A DNA stretch of 64,000 bases. Origin: an uncultured Candidatus Binatia bacterium. GTDB taxonomy: Bacteria; Desulfobacterota; Binatia; UBA9968; CAXXLF01. The stretch is from contig OZ244621.1 in assembly GCA_965218425.1 (NCBI GenBank), positions 2,496,001 to 2,560,000 on the forward strand, written 5' to 3'. The translations under genes and the position numbers were made by a program. The notes under the pieces are model-generated. The model saw only the letters and a program-made list of their open reading frames with translations. It did not search any database and was not told the DNA's origin. Shown here piece by piece: positions 20,784-31,092 of the stretch (within the stretch, counting starts at the first letter, position 1; each line of letters starts with the position of its first letter).

Positions 20784-22193
20784 ATGGGATGGACCAGGGA
20801 AGAGATTCTCGTGGCGACGGGTGGAAAGGTGGTGCGGCAGGGCAAGGAGTCGGTTTACGGTGACGTCGTTACTGATTCTCAAGGGGTCATCAACCGTTCC
20901 GTTTTCGTGGCCCTAAAAGGCAGGCGGGTTGACGGGCACCGATTCCTGGAAGATGCCCAGCGCCATGGCGCCAGTTGCCTTGTGGTTCACAAAGGGGCGG
21001 TTGGCCGACGACTTGATAGAGAAGGTATGACGGTAATCAAAGTGGCGGATACCCTCAAAGCCCTCGGGGACCTGGCCCACTATCGTCGACAAAGGGTCGC
21101 TCCAACGGTTTTGGCCATTACGGGTTCCAATGCAAAGACCACCACAAAAGAAATGGTGGCGTCCATTTGTCAATTCGCAACGATTGAGGGGACGCGGTTG
21201 CGGGGGAAGATTCTAAAGACTGAAGGAAACTACAATAACCTGGTGGGATTACCGCTGACCCTTCTCCGTCTCGCGGGACGGGAAAAAGTGGCTGTGGTGG
21301 AGTTGGGAACCAGTGAGCCAGGTGAAATACGGCGGTTGACGGATATTGCCCAACCCGACATAGGAATCATCACGTCCGTAGCACCGGCTCACTTGACGGG
21401 ACTCAACACCCTCGCAGGCGTGGCACGAGAGAAAGGGGAACTCTTCCGGCGAATGGGCTCCCGGGGGGTCGCCATCGTGAACATGGACGATCCATGGACC
21501 CGGCGCTTGGGTAAGGCGTTCAGGGGAGGGAAGATTACCTACGGGAGAAGCGGGGAGGTTAGAGGCGAGCGGTTGCGGACCCTCGGTGAGAAGGGAATGG
21601 AGTTTACCCTAAGAGCAGGTGGTGGAAAACGGCGAGTCAGGCTTCGACTCCCTGGGACACATAACGTTTCCAACGCCCTTGGGGCGGCGGCCATGGCCTA
21701 TGGCCTGGGAGTGGATCTTGAAGCCATGAGCAGGGGGCTGGAGGCCGTGCGGCCTATGCCCATGCGTATGAACATTGAGAAGATAAAAGGGGTGGGAATC
21801 ATAAACGATGCTTACAATGCCAATCCTGCCTCCATGGATGCTGCCTTAAAAGCCCTCGCTGACATTCAATGCAAAGGGGAAAGGGTGGCTGTGCTAGGAG
21901 ATATGCTGGAGCTAGGCAGGGAAGCAGCGAAGAGACACTATGAATTGGGACAAACGGTTGCTCGGTGCCAGGTGGACCGGGTCTATCTACTGGGACGCTT
22001 TTCTTCCCACGCGCGGGAGGGGGCACTCAAAGAGGGCATGGATGGAGCGCGGGTGAGGATCGGAAAGAACTACAAAAATCTTGCAGTGATGATTGGAAAA
22101 CATGCGAAGAGGGGGGATTGGATCTTGTTCAAGGGCTCCCGTGGCATCGGTATGGAGAAAGTCTTGGCGGCATTTCGGACTTTAGGAGATTAG
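20784..22193 (+). CDS. murF: UDP-MurNAc-tripeptide:D-Ala-D-Ala ligase
   Basis: ITGSNAKTTTKEM, NYNNLVGLPLTL, DAYNANPASM, GDMLELG and KGSRG. Confidence 0.96.
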   Translation: MGWTREEILVATGGKVVRQGKESVYGDVVTDSQGVINRSVFVALKGRRVDGHRFLEDAQRHGASCLVVHKGAVGRRLDREGMTVIKVADTLKALGDLAHYRRQRVAPTVLAITGSNAKTTTKEMVASICQFATIEGTRLRGKILKTEGNYNNLVGLPLTLLRLAGREKVAVVELGTSEPGEIRRLTDIAQPDIGIITSVAPAHLTGLNTLAGVAREKGELFRRMGSRGVAIVNMDDPWTRRLGKAFRGGKITYGRSGEVRGERLRTLGEKGMEFTLRAGGGKRRVRLRLPGTHNVSNALGAAAMAYGLGVDLEAMSRGLEAVRPMPMRMNIEKIKGVGIINDAYNANPASMDAALKALADIQCKGERVAVLGDMLELGREAAKRHYELGQTVARCQVDRVYLLGRFSSHAREGALKEGMDGARVRIGKNYKNLAVMIGKHAKRGDWILFKGSRGIGMEKVLAAFRTLGD

Positions 22194-22196
22194 GTC

Positions 22197-23273
22197 TTGC
22201 TATTCCATTTGCTCTATCCTCTTCATACTTCCTATTCGGTCTTTAATGTCTTTCGCTACATTACCTTTCGTGCGGCCTTGGCGGCATTGATGGCCCTGTT
22301 GCTCTCTTTTCTTATCGGTCCCTACTTGATTCGCTCACTGACCGCAAAACAAATCGGGCAACCCATTCGAGAGGACGGGCCAGCCAGCCATTCCGTCAAG
22401 GCCGGCACCCCCACCATGGGTGGAACTCTAATTATCCTGACCCTGGCTTTTTCCACCCTTCTTCTCGCCGACATTAGAAATATTTATGTCCTGCTGGCTC
22501 TCTTTGTGACCCTCGGATTTGGCGTGATTGGATTCGTGGACGATACTCTAAAACTTAGACGCAAGAGCAGTAAAGGGCTTACCATGACCACTAAGCTGTT
22601 GTGCCAGATTGGCGTGGCCTTGGTGGCTGTGGTCATCCTCTACATGCAACCTTCATTTAATGGAGTTGTGGGAATACCCTTTTTCAAAAACCTGCGTCCC
22701 GACATCGGAATCTGGTACATCCCCTTTGCCATCCTTGTGATTGTAGGCTCCTCCAATGCCGTCAACCTGACTGACGGATTGGATGGGCTTGCCATTGGAC
22801 CTGTCATGGTGGCTGCGGCAACCTATGCCCTCATTGTCTATGTGACCGGTCACGTTAAATTCGCCGAATACCTCCAGATTCCATACGTGGGCCGAGTGGG
22901 GGAGCTTGCCATCTTTTGTGCGGCCATGGTGGCGTCCGGCTTGGGTTTCCTCTGGTTCAATACTTACCCGGCGCAGATGTTCATGGGAGACGTGGGTTCC
23001 CTTGCCCTGGGGGGAGCCCTGGGGATCGTCGCGGTCATGAGCAAGAATGAGATTTTGCTTCTCATTGTGGGCGGCATCTTTGTGGTGGAAGCCCTGTCGG
23101 TCATCTTTCAAGTTTTTTCCTTCAAGTTCAGAGGGAAAAGGGTCTTTCTGATGGCTCCCATTCATCACCACTACGAGCTCAAGGGGTGGCCTGAACCTCA
23201 GATCATCGTTCGATTTTGGATTATTTCAGTGATTTGTGCGTTGTTAGGGCTGAGCACGCTGAAGCTTAGATGA
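22197..23273 (+). CDS. mraY: phospho-N-acetylmuramoyl-pentapeptide transferase
   Basis: KAGTPTMGG, NAVNLTDGLDGL, FMGDVGS and MAPIHHHYE. Confidence 0.97.
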   Translation: MLFHLLYPLHTSYSVFNVFRYITFRAALAALMALLLSFLIGPYLIRSLTAKQIGQPIREDGPASHSVKAGTPTMGGTLIILTLAFSTLLLADIRNIYVLLALFVTLGFGVIGFVDDTLKLRRKSSKGLTMTTKLLCQIGVALVAVVILYMQPSFNGVVGIPFFKNLRPDIGIWYIPFAILVIVGSSNAVNLTDGLDGLAIGPVMVAAATYALIVYVTGHVKFAEYLQIPYVGRVGELAIFCAAMVASGLGFLWFNTYPAQMFMGDVGSLALGGALGIVAVMSKNEILLLIVGGIFVVEALSVIFQVFSFKFRGKRVFLMAPIHHHYELKGWPEPQIIVRFWIISVICALLGLSTLKLR

Positions 23274-23382
23274 GGAAACCGTTTGGGTGTTTATGGTTCG
23301 CTTGTTCCCTGTGGTCTCAAGAGAATGGTTTAAGGGTCATGGGTGAAAATGGCTGGTAACGAATCGCTGATGGACTCAAAGG

Positions 23383-24717
23383 ATGGAGCTCAAGGGAAAG
23401 CGCATGATGGTCTTGGGGCTCGCACGTACGGGACGCGAGACGGCAAGGTTCTTGGTGAATCAGGGGGCAGAGGTGGTGGTGAGCGATTGTAGAGGAGAAA
23501 GAGAACTGCACTCGGAGATGGAGTCCCTTGCGGGGATGCCCATCCACTACCTCTTAGGTGGTGAAGAAAGTGAATGGGTGGAGGGAATCGAAACTTTAGT
23601 GCCGAGCCCGGGTGTTCCTTCGAGTAACCCTTTGCTTCAGGAGGCAGTCAAACGTGGTGTGGATATCATCAGCGAAATCGAGTTGGCCTATGGTTTCCTG
23701 CGGTTCCCTCTGGTGGTGATTACTGGGACCAACGGAAAAAGCACCACCACCACTCTTATTGGCGAGGTTTTGAAGAATGCGGGTATCAAAGCGTTTGTGG
23801 GAGGTAACATCGGGGCCCCACTGATTTCCTTTGTTTCAGGGAGTTGGGACTGGGGAGTGGTGGAGGTAAGCAGTTTCCAGCTTGAATGGGTTAACCAGTT
23901 TCGTCCGAGGATTGCTGTCCTATTGAATCTTTCCGAAGATCACATGGACCGATATAAGAATTTTTCCTCCTATTGCTCGGCTAAGGGGAGGATATTTTCG
24001 GCCCAGGACGGGGACGACATTGCCGTCCTCAATCGAGGAGACACTGGGGTGTGGGCGTTTAGCGAGGGTGTCTCTGCTCGGGTGGTTTCCTTTGGTTGGG
24101 ATGAGGTGGATGAGGGAATTTTCGCCACAGAGCAGGAAATCATTTGGAGGGGGGAGGGCTTAGAGGGGCGATTCCCTCTTTCGGGGGTAAAGGTTCAAGG
24201 AATTCACAACGTGGAAAACCTCATGGCGGTGGTGGCTACGGCGAAAACCATGGGTGTGCCTGCCCGGTTCATTCAAAGTGCCATGGATGAATTTCCTGGA
24301 ATCGAGCATCGCCATGAATTTGTCCGCGAGAAAGACGGCATTCGATTTTACAACGACTCCAAAGGAACCAACGTAGGCGCAGTGGTCAAATCCCTGGCCA
24401 GCTTTTCATCTCCGGTGATTCTTCTTGCCGGTGGAATTGATAAGGGAGGAGATTACGGGGTTTTGGAGGGTGAGATGAAGGCAAAGGTCAAGACGCTCAT
24501 TCTGTTCGGATCCGCCAAGGGGATCATTCAAGGGGCCTTGGGCCATCTTACCGAAACGGTGGTGGTGGACAGCCTTGAGGCTGCGGTTCACGAAGCACAG
24601 CGGCACGCGGTATCTGGAGACACAGTTTTGCTGTCGCCGGCCTGTTCGAGCTTTGACATGTTTGAGAACTATGAAGAGAGGGGGCGGGTTTTTAAGGACT
24701 TGGTCCATCGACTATGA
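23383..24717 (+). CDS. murD: UDP-MurNAc-Ala:D-Glu ligase
   Basis: ITGTNGKSTT, GGNIG, EVSSFQLE, NDSKGTN and LSPACSSFDMF. Confidence 0.96.
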   Translation: MELKGKRMMVLGLARTGRETARFLVNQGAEVVVSDCRGERELHSEMESLAGMPIHYLLGGEESEWVEGIETLVPSPGVPSSNPLLQEAVKRGVDIISEIELAYGFLRFPLVVITGTNGKSTTTTLIGEVLKNAGIKAFVGGNIGAPLISFVSGSWDWGVVEVSSFQLEWVNQFRPRIAVLLNLSEDHMDRYKNFSSYCSAKGRIFSAQDGDDIAVLNRGDTGVWAFSEGVSARVVSFGWDEVDEGIFATEQEIIWRGEGLEGRFPLSGVKVQGIHNVENLMAVVATAKTMGVPARFIQSAMDEFPGIEHRHEFVREKDGIRFYNDSKGTNVGAVVKSLASFSSPVILLAGGIDKGGDYGVLEGEMKAKVKTLILFGSAKGIIQGALGHLTETVVVDSLEAAVHEAQRHAVSGDTVLLSPACSSFDMFENYEERGRVFKDLVHRL

Positions 24718-25811
24718 GGGACGGAGCTGGGGCGGACCGGTGGTTGTTTTTTGCCGTGATCGCCCTTTTAGGAATTGGTATCACCATGGTCTTGAGCACG
24801 AGCTATCTCTATGCCCAAGAGCGATTTTCCGATGGAACTTACCTGTTCCGTAAGCAAATGATCGCTGTTGGGGTGGGTGTGGTAGCCCTTTTGGTGGCCA
24901 CTGCCATCCCACCCACTATGGTTCGTCGTCTCGCGTATCCTCTGCTGGGTGGGACTCTCTTGGTGCTGATCCTGGTGCTGGTACCCGGCATCGGCATGGC
25001 CTTTGGTGGTGCCAGACGTTGGATCTCCCTCGGTCACTTTGTCTTTCAACCCGCAGAACTGGCCAAGCTCTCTTTGGTGCTCTACCTAGCCCACTCGTTG
25101 GCAAAGAAAGGTGACAAGGTAAGCAGCTTTGCCGTGAAGGTTTTACCCCACCTGATCGTTGGAGGGGTCGTTATCGGACTCGTCCTGATGGAGCCTGACT
25201 TTGGAGTCGGTCTGATACTTGGTGTGCTTGTCCTGCTGTTGCTTTTCGTTGCGGGAGCGAAGGTTTCTCATCTCCTGTTTACCGGATTAGCAGTATTGCC
25301 CTTTCTTGCCATGTTTTTAATGGGGGCGGATTATCGACTAAGACGGTTGGCGGTGTTTCTCGATCCTTGGAGTGATGCGTCCAACAGCGGTTTCCAGATC
25401 ATTCAGTCCTATATCGCGTTTGGTTCTGGCCAGTTCTGGGGGCGCGGCCTGGGTCAGAGCCGTCAGAAGCTATTCTATCTGCCTGAGGCGCACACGGATT
25501 TTATTTATTCGGTGATTGGAGAAGAGTTGGGGCTGTTGGGAGCCCTGTTGGTGCTCGCCCTTTTCGGGCTCATTGTGCTGCGAGGGTTTCGTCTGGCCAT
25601 AAAAATTCATGATCCCTTTGGGCAATATCTCGCCATTGGATTGACGACTCTCATTGGACTTCAGGCACTGATTCACATGGGAGTGGTGATGGGTTTAATG
25701 CCCACGAAGGGGTTGGTGCTTCCGTTCATCAGCTATGGAGGTTCCGCCATGGTGGTGAACCTGGCTGGAGCCGGATTATTGCTCGGTCTATCACGAAGGA
25801 GAATGGCGTGA
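24714..25811 (+). CDS. ftsW: SEDS peptidoglycan glycosyltransferase FtsW
   Basis: GARRW, QPAELAK, LPEAHTDFI and PFISYGGS; multiple TM segments. Confidence 0.96.
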   Translation: MRDGAGADRWLFFAVIALLGIGITMVLSTSYLYAQERFSDGTYLFRKQMIAVGVGVVALLVATAIPPTMVRRLAYPLLGGTLLVLILVLVPGIGMAFGGARRWISLGHFVFQPAELAKLSLVLYLAHSLAKKGDKVSSFAVKVLPHLIVGGVVIGLVLMEPDFGVGLILGVLVLLLLFVAGAKVSHLLFTGLAVLPFLAMFLMGADYRLRRLAVFLDPWSDASNSGFQIIQSYIAFGSGQFWGRGLGQSRQKLFYLPEAHTDFIYSVIGEELGLLGALLVLALFGLIVLRGFRLAIKIHDPFGQYLAIGLTTLIGLQALIHMGVVMGLMPTKGLVLPFISYGGSAMVVNLAGAGLLLGLSRRRMA

Positions 25812-26878
25812 TGCGACTGATCATGGCCGGCGGGGGAACGGGGGGGCATTTATTCCCCGGGCTGGCCGTAGCAAGGGAATTCCAGAGGCGGGACGCCGGA
25901 ACGAAAATATTGTTCGTGGGCAGCGAGAGAGGGATCGAAGGCCGGATCCTTCCCCAGGAAGGATTTCCCCTGGAGGCTGTGGCCATAAGAGGAATTAAAG
26001 GAAGAGGGGCTCGGGGGCTTCTGGAGGCTCTCTACGGTGTACCGCTGAGCTTTATCCGATCCCTTGGAATTATTGCACGGTTTCGACCGCAATGCTGCAT
26101 TGGGCTGGGCGGCTATGCTTCGGCTCCCCTGCTCTTTGCGGCAACGGTAAAACGGATTCGCTGTGCGATCATGGAGCAGAATCTGCGCCCTGGGCTCACC
26201 AACCGAATCTTGGGATGGGTGGTGAACCGCGTGTTTACGACCTTTAAAGAAAGCACCCCCTATTTTCCAATTAAAAAGGTGGTGGAAACGGGCACGCCTG
26301 TTCGTTGGCAACAGTTGCCTCAGATGAAGAAAGAAGAAAAGCTCACGCTCTTGGTGTTTGGCGGTAGTGCGGGGGCGCACAGGATCAATCTGAGTGTGAT
26401 GGATGCCCTGGGCCGGCTTAAGGATCTGGCGGGAGGGATACAGGTGATTCACCAGACGGGGGAGAGTGATTATAACTTAATCCGAGACGTTTATTCCGCA
26501 CTCCCCTTCAACTCAGAGGTGGTCCGGTTTATTGATCGCATGGATGAATCCTACGCAAGAGCAGATCTCATCGTTTGCCGGGCGGGGGCTTCCACCATCG
26601 CCGAGATTACTGCCTTTGGAAAAGCGGCAATCTTGGTGCCCTACCCCTATGCTGCAGATGATCATCAGAGGTTAAACGCCGAAGCCTTGGAGTCATGTGG
26701 CGCCGCAGAGATGATCCTGGATCAAGCATTGGATGGGGAAGGGCTCGCTCGGCGGATCCGTGAACTTTATCAGGATCGTAGACGGCTTGAAGACATGGGT
26801 GAAACAGCCCGCAAGATGGGGAAACTCGAGGCGGCCAAAAGGATTGTAGATGAGTGTTATGCCCTCATACAGGGGTAA
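25811..26878 (+). CDS. murG: lipid II N-acetylglucosaminyltransferase
   Basis: AGGGTGGHLFP, GGSAGA, RAGASTIAE and HQRLNA. Confidence 0.96.
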   Translation: MRLIMAGGGTGGHLFPGLAVAREFQRRDAGTKILFVGSERGIEGRILPQEGFPLEAVAIRGIKGRGARGLLEALYGVPLSFIRSLGIIARFRPQCCIGLGGYASAPLLFAATVKRIRCAIMEQNLRPGLTNRILGWVVNRVFTTFKESTPYFPIKKVVETGTPVRWQQLPQMKKEEKLTLLVFGGSAGAHRINLSVMDALGRLKDLAGGIQVIHQTGESDYNLIRDVYSALPFNSEVVRFIDRMDESYARADLIVCRAGASTIAEITAFGKAAILVPYPYAADDHQRLNAEALESCGAAEMILDQALDGEGLARRIRELYQDRRRLEDMGETARKMGKLEAAKRIVDECYALIQG

Positions 26879-26902
26879 CACGGTCATTGTAAGACCAAGC
26901 TT

Positions 26903-28276
26903 ATGCTTCAAAGAAAGCATGGAATTCATTTTGTCGGTATTGGTGGCATCGGTATGAGTGGGATTGCAGAGGTCCTACTGAACTTGGGTTATGAGGTGAG
27001 CGGGTCGGATCTCGTTGAGAGCCAGACCACCCATAGGTTGCAATCCATGGGCGCTCGAATCGTCATTGGACACAGCGCAGCCAACCTGGAGTCCAACCCT
27101 TCAGTGGTGGTGGTCTCATCGGCGGTGAAATTTTCGAACCCGGAGGTCCTTGAAGCGCGCAGACGTACGATCCCTGTGATCCCTCGGGCTGAGATGTTGG
27201 CCGAACTGATGCGAATGAAGTATGGCGTGGCGGTAGCTGGGAGCCATGGTAAAACCACCACCACATCCATGATCTCCACGGTTCTCAGTACTGCTGGTTT
27301 AGATCCCACCGTGGTGATTGGGGGGCGTGTCAAAGCTCTGGGTGGTAGCGCCAGGTTGGGGAAGGGAGAATACCTGGTGGCGGAAGCGGATGAGAGCGAT
27401 GGCACCTTTCTCCTTTTAACCCCCACCATCGCCCTGGTCACCAATATCGATTGCGAACATTTGGAATTCCATAAGTCCATGGATCGCCTAAAAGAGAGTT
27501 TTTTGGACTTCATCAATAGAGTCCCGTTCTACGGTCAGGCGGTCTTGTGTCTGGATGATCCCCACGTGCGTAGCCTGTTGCCGAAGGTGAAGAAACCCTA
27601 TGTGACCTACGGTCTTTCACCGGAGGCGAATTTCTTTGCCAGGGATCTCGAAGCCAATGGCATGGAGATAAAATTTTCAGTGTGCCATCAATCCCGCATT
27701 CTGGGTCAGGTGAGTCTCCATATGCCAGGTCGCCATAATGTCACCAACGCTCTATCCGCAGTGGCCGTCGGGCAGGAGTTGGGAGTGCCCTTTGAGCGGA
27801 TCTCAGAGTCCTTGGAATCTTTTATGGGCATTCACCGCCGATTTGAGATCAAAGGAGAACTCAAGAATATCATGGTGATTGACGATTACGGTCATCATCC
27901 CGCCGAAATTCGGGCCACCATTTCGGCCATCCGTGACGGTTGGAGTCGTCCCCTGACAGTGATTTTCCAGCCCCATCGTTACACCCGTACGCGGGATCTC
28001 TTCGAAGAGTTCTTGACCGCCTTTGATGGCGTTGACCGGTTGATTCTCACTGATATTTACCCCGCAGGGGAGGACGAGATTTCGGGTGTTCAATCCGAGT
28101 CTCTCTATGGGGCCATCAAGCGCCGGGGACATATGGAAGTTCATTTTGTTTCGGACAAGAACGATATCGTGGAAAAGTTGCTCCCGAGACTCGTGGAAGG
28201 CGATATGGTTTTGACTTTGGGGGCGGGGGATATCCATAAGGTTGGCGATGCCTTGGTGGAGTCATTGCACGGATGA
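26903..28276 (+). CDS. murC: UDP-MurNAc:L-alanine ligase
   Basis: GIGGIGMSGIA, AGSHGKTTT, EADESDG and DDYGHHP. Confidence 0.97.
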   Translation: MLQRKHGIHFVGIGGIGMSGIAEVLLNLGYEVSGSDLVESQTTHRLQSMGARIVIGHSAANLESNPSVVVVSSAVKFSNPEVLEARRRTIPVIPRAEMLAELMRMKYGVAVAGSHGKTTTTSMISTVLSTAGLDPTVVIGGRVKALGGSARLGKGEYLVAEADESDGTFLLLTPTIALVTNIDCEHLEFHKSMDRLKESFLDFINRVPFYGQAVLCLDDPHVRSLLPKVKKPYVTYGLSPEANFFARDLEANGMEIKFSVCHQSRILGQVSLHMPGRHNVTNALSAVAVGQELGVPFERISESLESFMGIHRRFEIKGELKNIMVIDDYGHHPAEIRATISAIRDGWSRPLTVIFQPHRYTRTRDLFEEFLTAFDGVDRLILTDIYPAGEDEISGVQSESLYGAIKRRGHMEVHFVSDKNDIVEKLLPRLVEGDMVLTLGAGDIHKVGDALVESLHG

Positions 28277-29247
28277 ATAATGAATCTCTAGACAAGCCCT
28301 TGCAAAAAGAGCTTAAGACCATTGCCGGGTTAAGTTGCAAGGTGAACGAGCCCCTTGCGCGTTATACCTCCATGAGGGTGGGGGGGCCTGCGGATTTTCT
28401 CATCGATGTCCAGAGCCATGAATGCCTGGCTCCTCTATTGGGTGCCCTGAGCCGACATGGCGTTCCCTTTTGCCTTCTGGGTCGAGGAAGCAACGTCGTG
28501 GTAAGTGATCTGGGGGTACGAGGAGCCGTACTTCGTCTAGGGGCTGAGTTCAGGAAAATCCAATGGCAGGAAGAACGCAATGACGTTTGGGCGACACTTG
28601 GCGCTGCCTATCCTATGGCCCGGTTGGTGCGAGATGCCATGGTCAGGGGTTACACGGGCTTGGAATTTGCCGAAGGGATACCCGGCAGCGTGGGCGGAGC
28701 GCTTGTTATGAACGCAGGGGCCTATGGTTCAGAGATGGAGAAGGTTGTGGAGCGAGTAGAAGGAGTGACTTACGAAGGACAACCAGTGGATTTTTCCAGA
28801 CAGGAGTTGGTCTTTTCGTATCGAAACGCCCGGCTCCCCACCGAGACCGTAGTCACCTGGGTGCAAATACGCCTAGGTAAGGGAGACGCGGGGGGGGTGA
28901 GCCTGAAGGTGCGCGGGCTTGTCCAAAAGAGGAAAAAAAACCAGCCATCCGGATATCCAAGCGCTGGTTCTATGTTTCGTAATCCCCCGGGAGATTTTGC
29001 GGGACGACTCATTGAGGCGGCAGGTCTAAAAGGTAAAAAAATCGGCAAAGCCGGGATTTCCGAGCACCATGCGAACTTCATTGTGAACCTGGGTGGAGCC
29101 AGGGCTGAAGAGGTGAGAAAACTCATGGAGATGGCAGGCGCGATGGTGAAAAAGCGGTGTGGCGTTCAGCTTGAACCGGAAGTTCAATTCCTGGGGGAAT
29201 GGAACCGCCGGTGGGCGGAGAGGGAGGTTGGGTCCCATAGCCGGTAG
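28273..29247 (+). CDS. murB: UDP-N-acetylenolpyruvoylglucosamine reductase
   Basis: GGPAD, GRGSN, GIPGSVGG..MNAGAYG, SAGSMFRNP, HANFIVN and LEPEV. Confidence 0.96.
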   Translation: MNNESLDKPLQKELKTIAGLSCKVNEPLARYTSMRVGGPADFLIDVQSHECLAPLLGALSRHGVPFCLLGRGSNVVVSDLGVRGAVLRLGAEFRKIQWQEERNDVWATLGAAYPMARLVRDAMVRGYTGLEFAEGIPGSVGGALVMNAGAYGSEMEKVVERVEGVTYEGQPVDFSRQELVFSYRNARLPTETVVTWVQIRLGKGDAGGVSLKVRGLVQKRKKNQPSGYPSAGSMFRNPPGDFAGRLIEAAGLKGKKIGKAGISEHHANFIVNLGGARAEEVRKLMEMAGAMVKKRCGVQLEPEVQFLGEWNRRWAEREVGSHSR

Positions 29248-30190
29248 CAAGCGGGGAATCTTCCGCAATAAGAAGATTGGCGTCATCCTAGGAGGACCTT
29301 CGGCGGAAAGAGAGATTTCCAGAACTTCGGGTCGAGAGGTTGTAAAAGCCCTAAGGATGAAGGGATACCGGGTAACTCCCATCGAGGTGAAAGAAGACCT
29401 TGCCGTGAGGCTGAGGAAACAAAGGGTAGGAGTTGTTTTTAACGCGTTGCACGGAAAGATCGGTGAGGATGGCGGGGTCCAAGGATTAATGGAAGTCATG
29501 GGCCTTCCCTACACCGGGTCCGGGGTCACGGCCTCTGCATTGAGCATGGACAAGGTCTTTTCCAAGGAGCTGTTCATGAGAAAGGGTATTCCCACGCCGC
29601 CCTACAAGGTTTGGACCAAGGGTCAGAAGTGGACCGACGTAGATTTGTCCCTACCGTTGGTGGTCAAACCGCGCAACGAGGGTTCCACCCTTGGTGTAAC
29701 CATCGTTCGGCGTAGGAAAGAGTTAGGTGGAGCTTTTGCCAAAGCCTTTAAGTTCGACCCCACGTGTCTGGTGGAAAGCTATATTGCGGGTAAAGAAGTT
29801 GCGGTGGGGATTCTCAACGGACGGGCCTTGGGAGCCATCGAAATCCAACCCACCAAGGGTTTCTACGACTATCGTACAAAGTACACCCCGGGGTTGGCAA
29901 AGCACCTTTACCCTGCCGGTCTGGGGAATCAGGTTTATGGTCGAGCGCTGCGGATAGCAGAAGAGGCCAGCAACCTGCTGGGTTGTGAAGGCACCTCAAG
30001 GGTCGATTTGAGGGTAAACCACGGGGGAAAGGTCTTTGTGTTGGAGGTAAATTCGCTTCCCGGGCTTACCCCCATAAGCCTGCTACCTGAGATCGCCAGG
30101 AACGAAGGAATCGATTTTCCCGATCTTGTGGAGATGATCTTGGATGGTGCGAGACTCAAGACCATGGTCAACCGTTCACGGGTTAGATGA
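29228..30190 (+). CDS. ddl: D-alanine--D-alanine ligase
   Basis: GGPSAEREIS, LHGKIGEDG, FYDYRTKY and LEVNSLPG; TTG start at 29228 after GGAGG. Confidence 0.95.
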   Translation: MGPIAGSKRGIFRNKKIGVILGGPSAEREISRTSGREVVKALRMKGYRVTPIEVKEDLAVRLRKQRVGVVFNALHGKIGEDGGVQGLMEVMGLPYTGSGVTASALSMDKVFSKELFMRKGIPTPPYKVWTKGQKWTDVDLSLPLVVKPRNEGSTLGVTIVRRRKELGGAFAKAFKFDPTCLVESYIAGKEVAVGILNGRALGAIEIQPTKGFYDYRTKYTPGLAKHLYPAGLGNQVYGRALRIAEEASNLLGCEGTSRVDLRVNHGGKVFVLEVNSLPGLTPISLLPEIARNEGIDFPDLVEMILDGARLKTMVNRSRVR

Positions 30191-30221
30191 GGGTTGGGTC
30201 AAAGTATTTGGCAGCAATGAA

Positions 30222-31019
30222 ATGAACAGACGGCGTATATCAAAACCATGGGGTAAGAAAGTTTTTACGCGCATGGGAGCGATCACGGTTGTGGTCCTAT
30301 TGGTCATCGCGGCTCGATATCATGTGGATTGGTCTAAGGTAATGGGGACTGTGGAGCAACTGGAAATGCTCTTATACATCCACCCCTATTTCTCAGTAAA
30401 AGAAATAACGGTTACCGGTTACAAAAAAGTAGGCGGTTCCGAGATCGTAGCCCTGGCGGGTCTGAAGCCTGGTGTGAATATTTGGAAGGTGAATCCCACG
30501 CGCATAGAGGCGAAGCTGAGCCGTCACCCCTGGGTGCGTCGAGGGGTTGTGCGGCGAGAATTTCCCCGGCGTGTCATCATCCAGATTGAAGAGTGGAAGG
30601 CCAAAGGAATCGTTGTGCTGGAAAAACTCTATTACGCCAACGCCGACGGAATTGTATTTAAGACGGTGGAGCCAGGAGAAAAAACGAATCTGCCTTTCAT
30701 TACGGGTCTGGAGAAAGAAGGCTCTGGCTTGAATAACCGTCAAACCCAGAAAAGGATTTCAGAAGCTCTCACTTTGAGTGATCTCTTTGCCAAAAGTTCC
30801 ATGGCCGTTTCTGAAATTCGCTTTCGTCCTCAAGGTGAAGTCATCGCTTATCCAATTTCGCATTCGGTTCCACTCCATATGGGTTGGGGAAATTGGAGCG
30901 GTAAAGTGCAACGGTTGAAACGGGTGTGGATGGAATGGAAAGGCAGGGAACAATATCTCGCGTCCCTGGACCTGAGCTTTCGCGGCCAGGTAGTGGTGAA
31001 ATGGCGCGAGCGGACTTAA
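30222..31019 (+). CDS. ftsQ: cell division protein FtsQ/DivIB
   Basis: TM segment plus POTRA-like FSVKEITVTG...HPWVRRGVVRREFP; lies between ddl and ftsA; start codon uncertain. Confidence 0.88.
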   Translation: MNRRRISKPWGKKVFTRMGAITVVVLLVIAARYHVDWSKVMGTVEQLEMLLYIHPYFSVKEITVTGYKKVGGSEIVALAGLKPGVNIWKVNPTRIEAKLSRHPWVRRGVVRREFPRRVIIQIEEWKAKGIVVLEKLYYANADGIVFKTVEPGEKTNLPFITGLEKEGSGLNNRQTQKRISEALTLSDLFAKSSMAVSEIRFRPQGEVIAYPISHSVPLHMGWGNWSGKVQRLKRVWMEWKGREQYLASLDLSFRGQVVVKWRERT

Positions 31020-31092
31020 GGTGTTTTGACTGATAGTCGGACGTTTCATGCAGTCTGAGGTTTTTAAAATTCATCTCTAAGAGTAGTTCGTT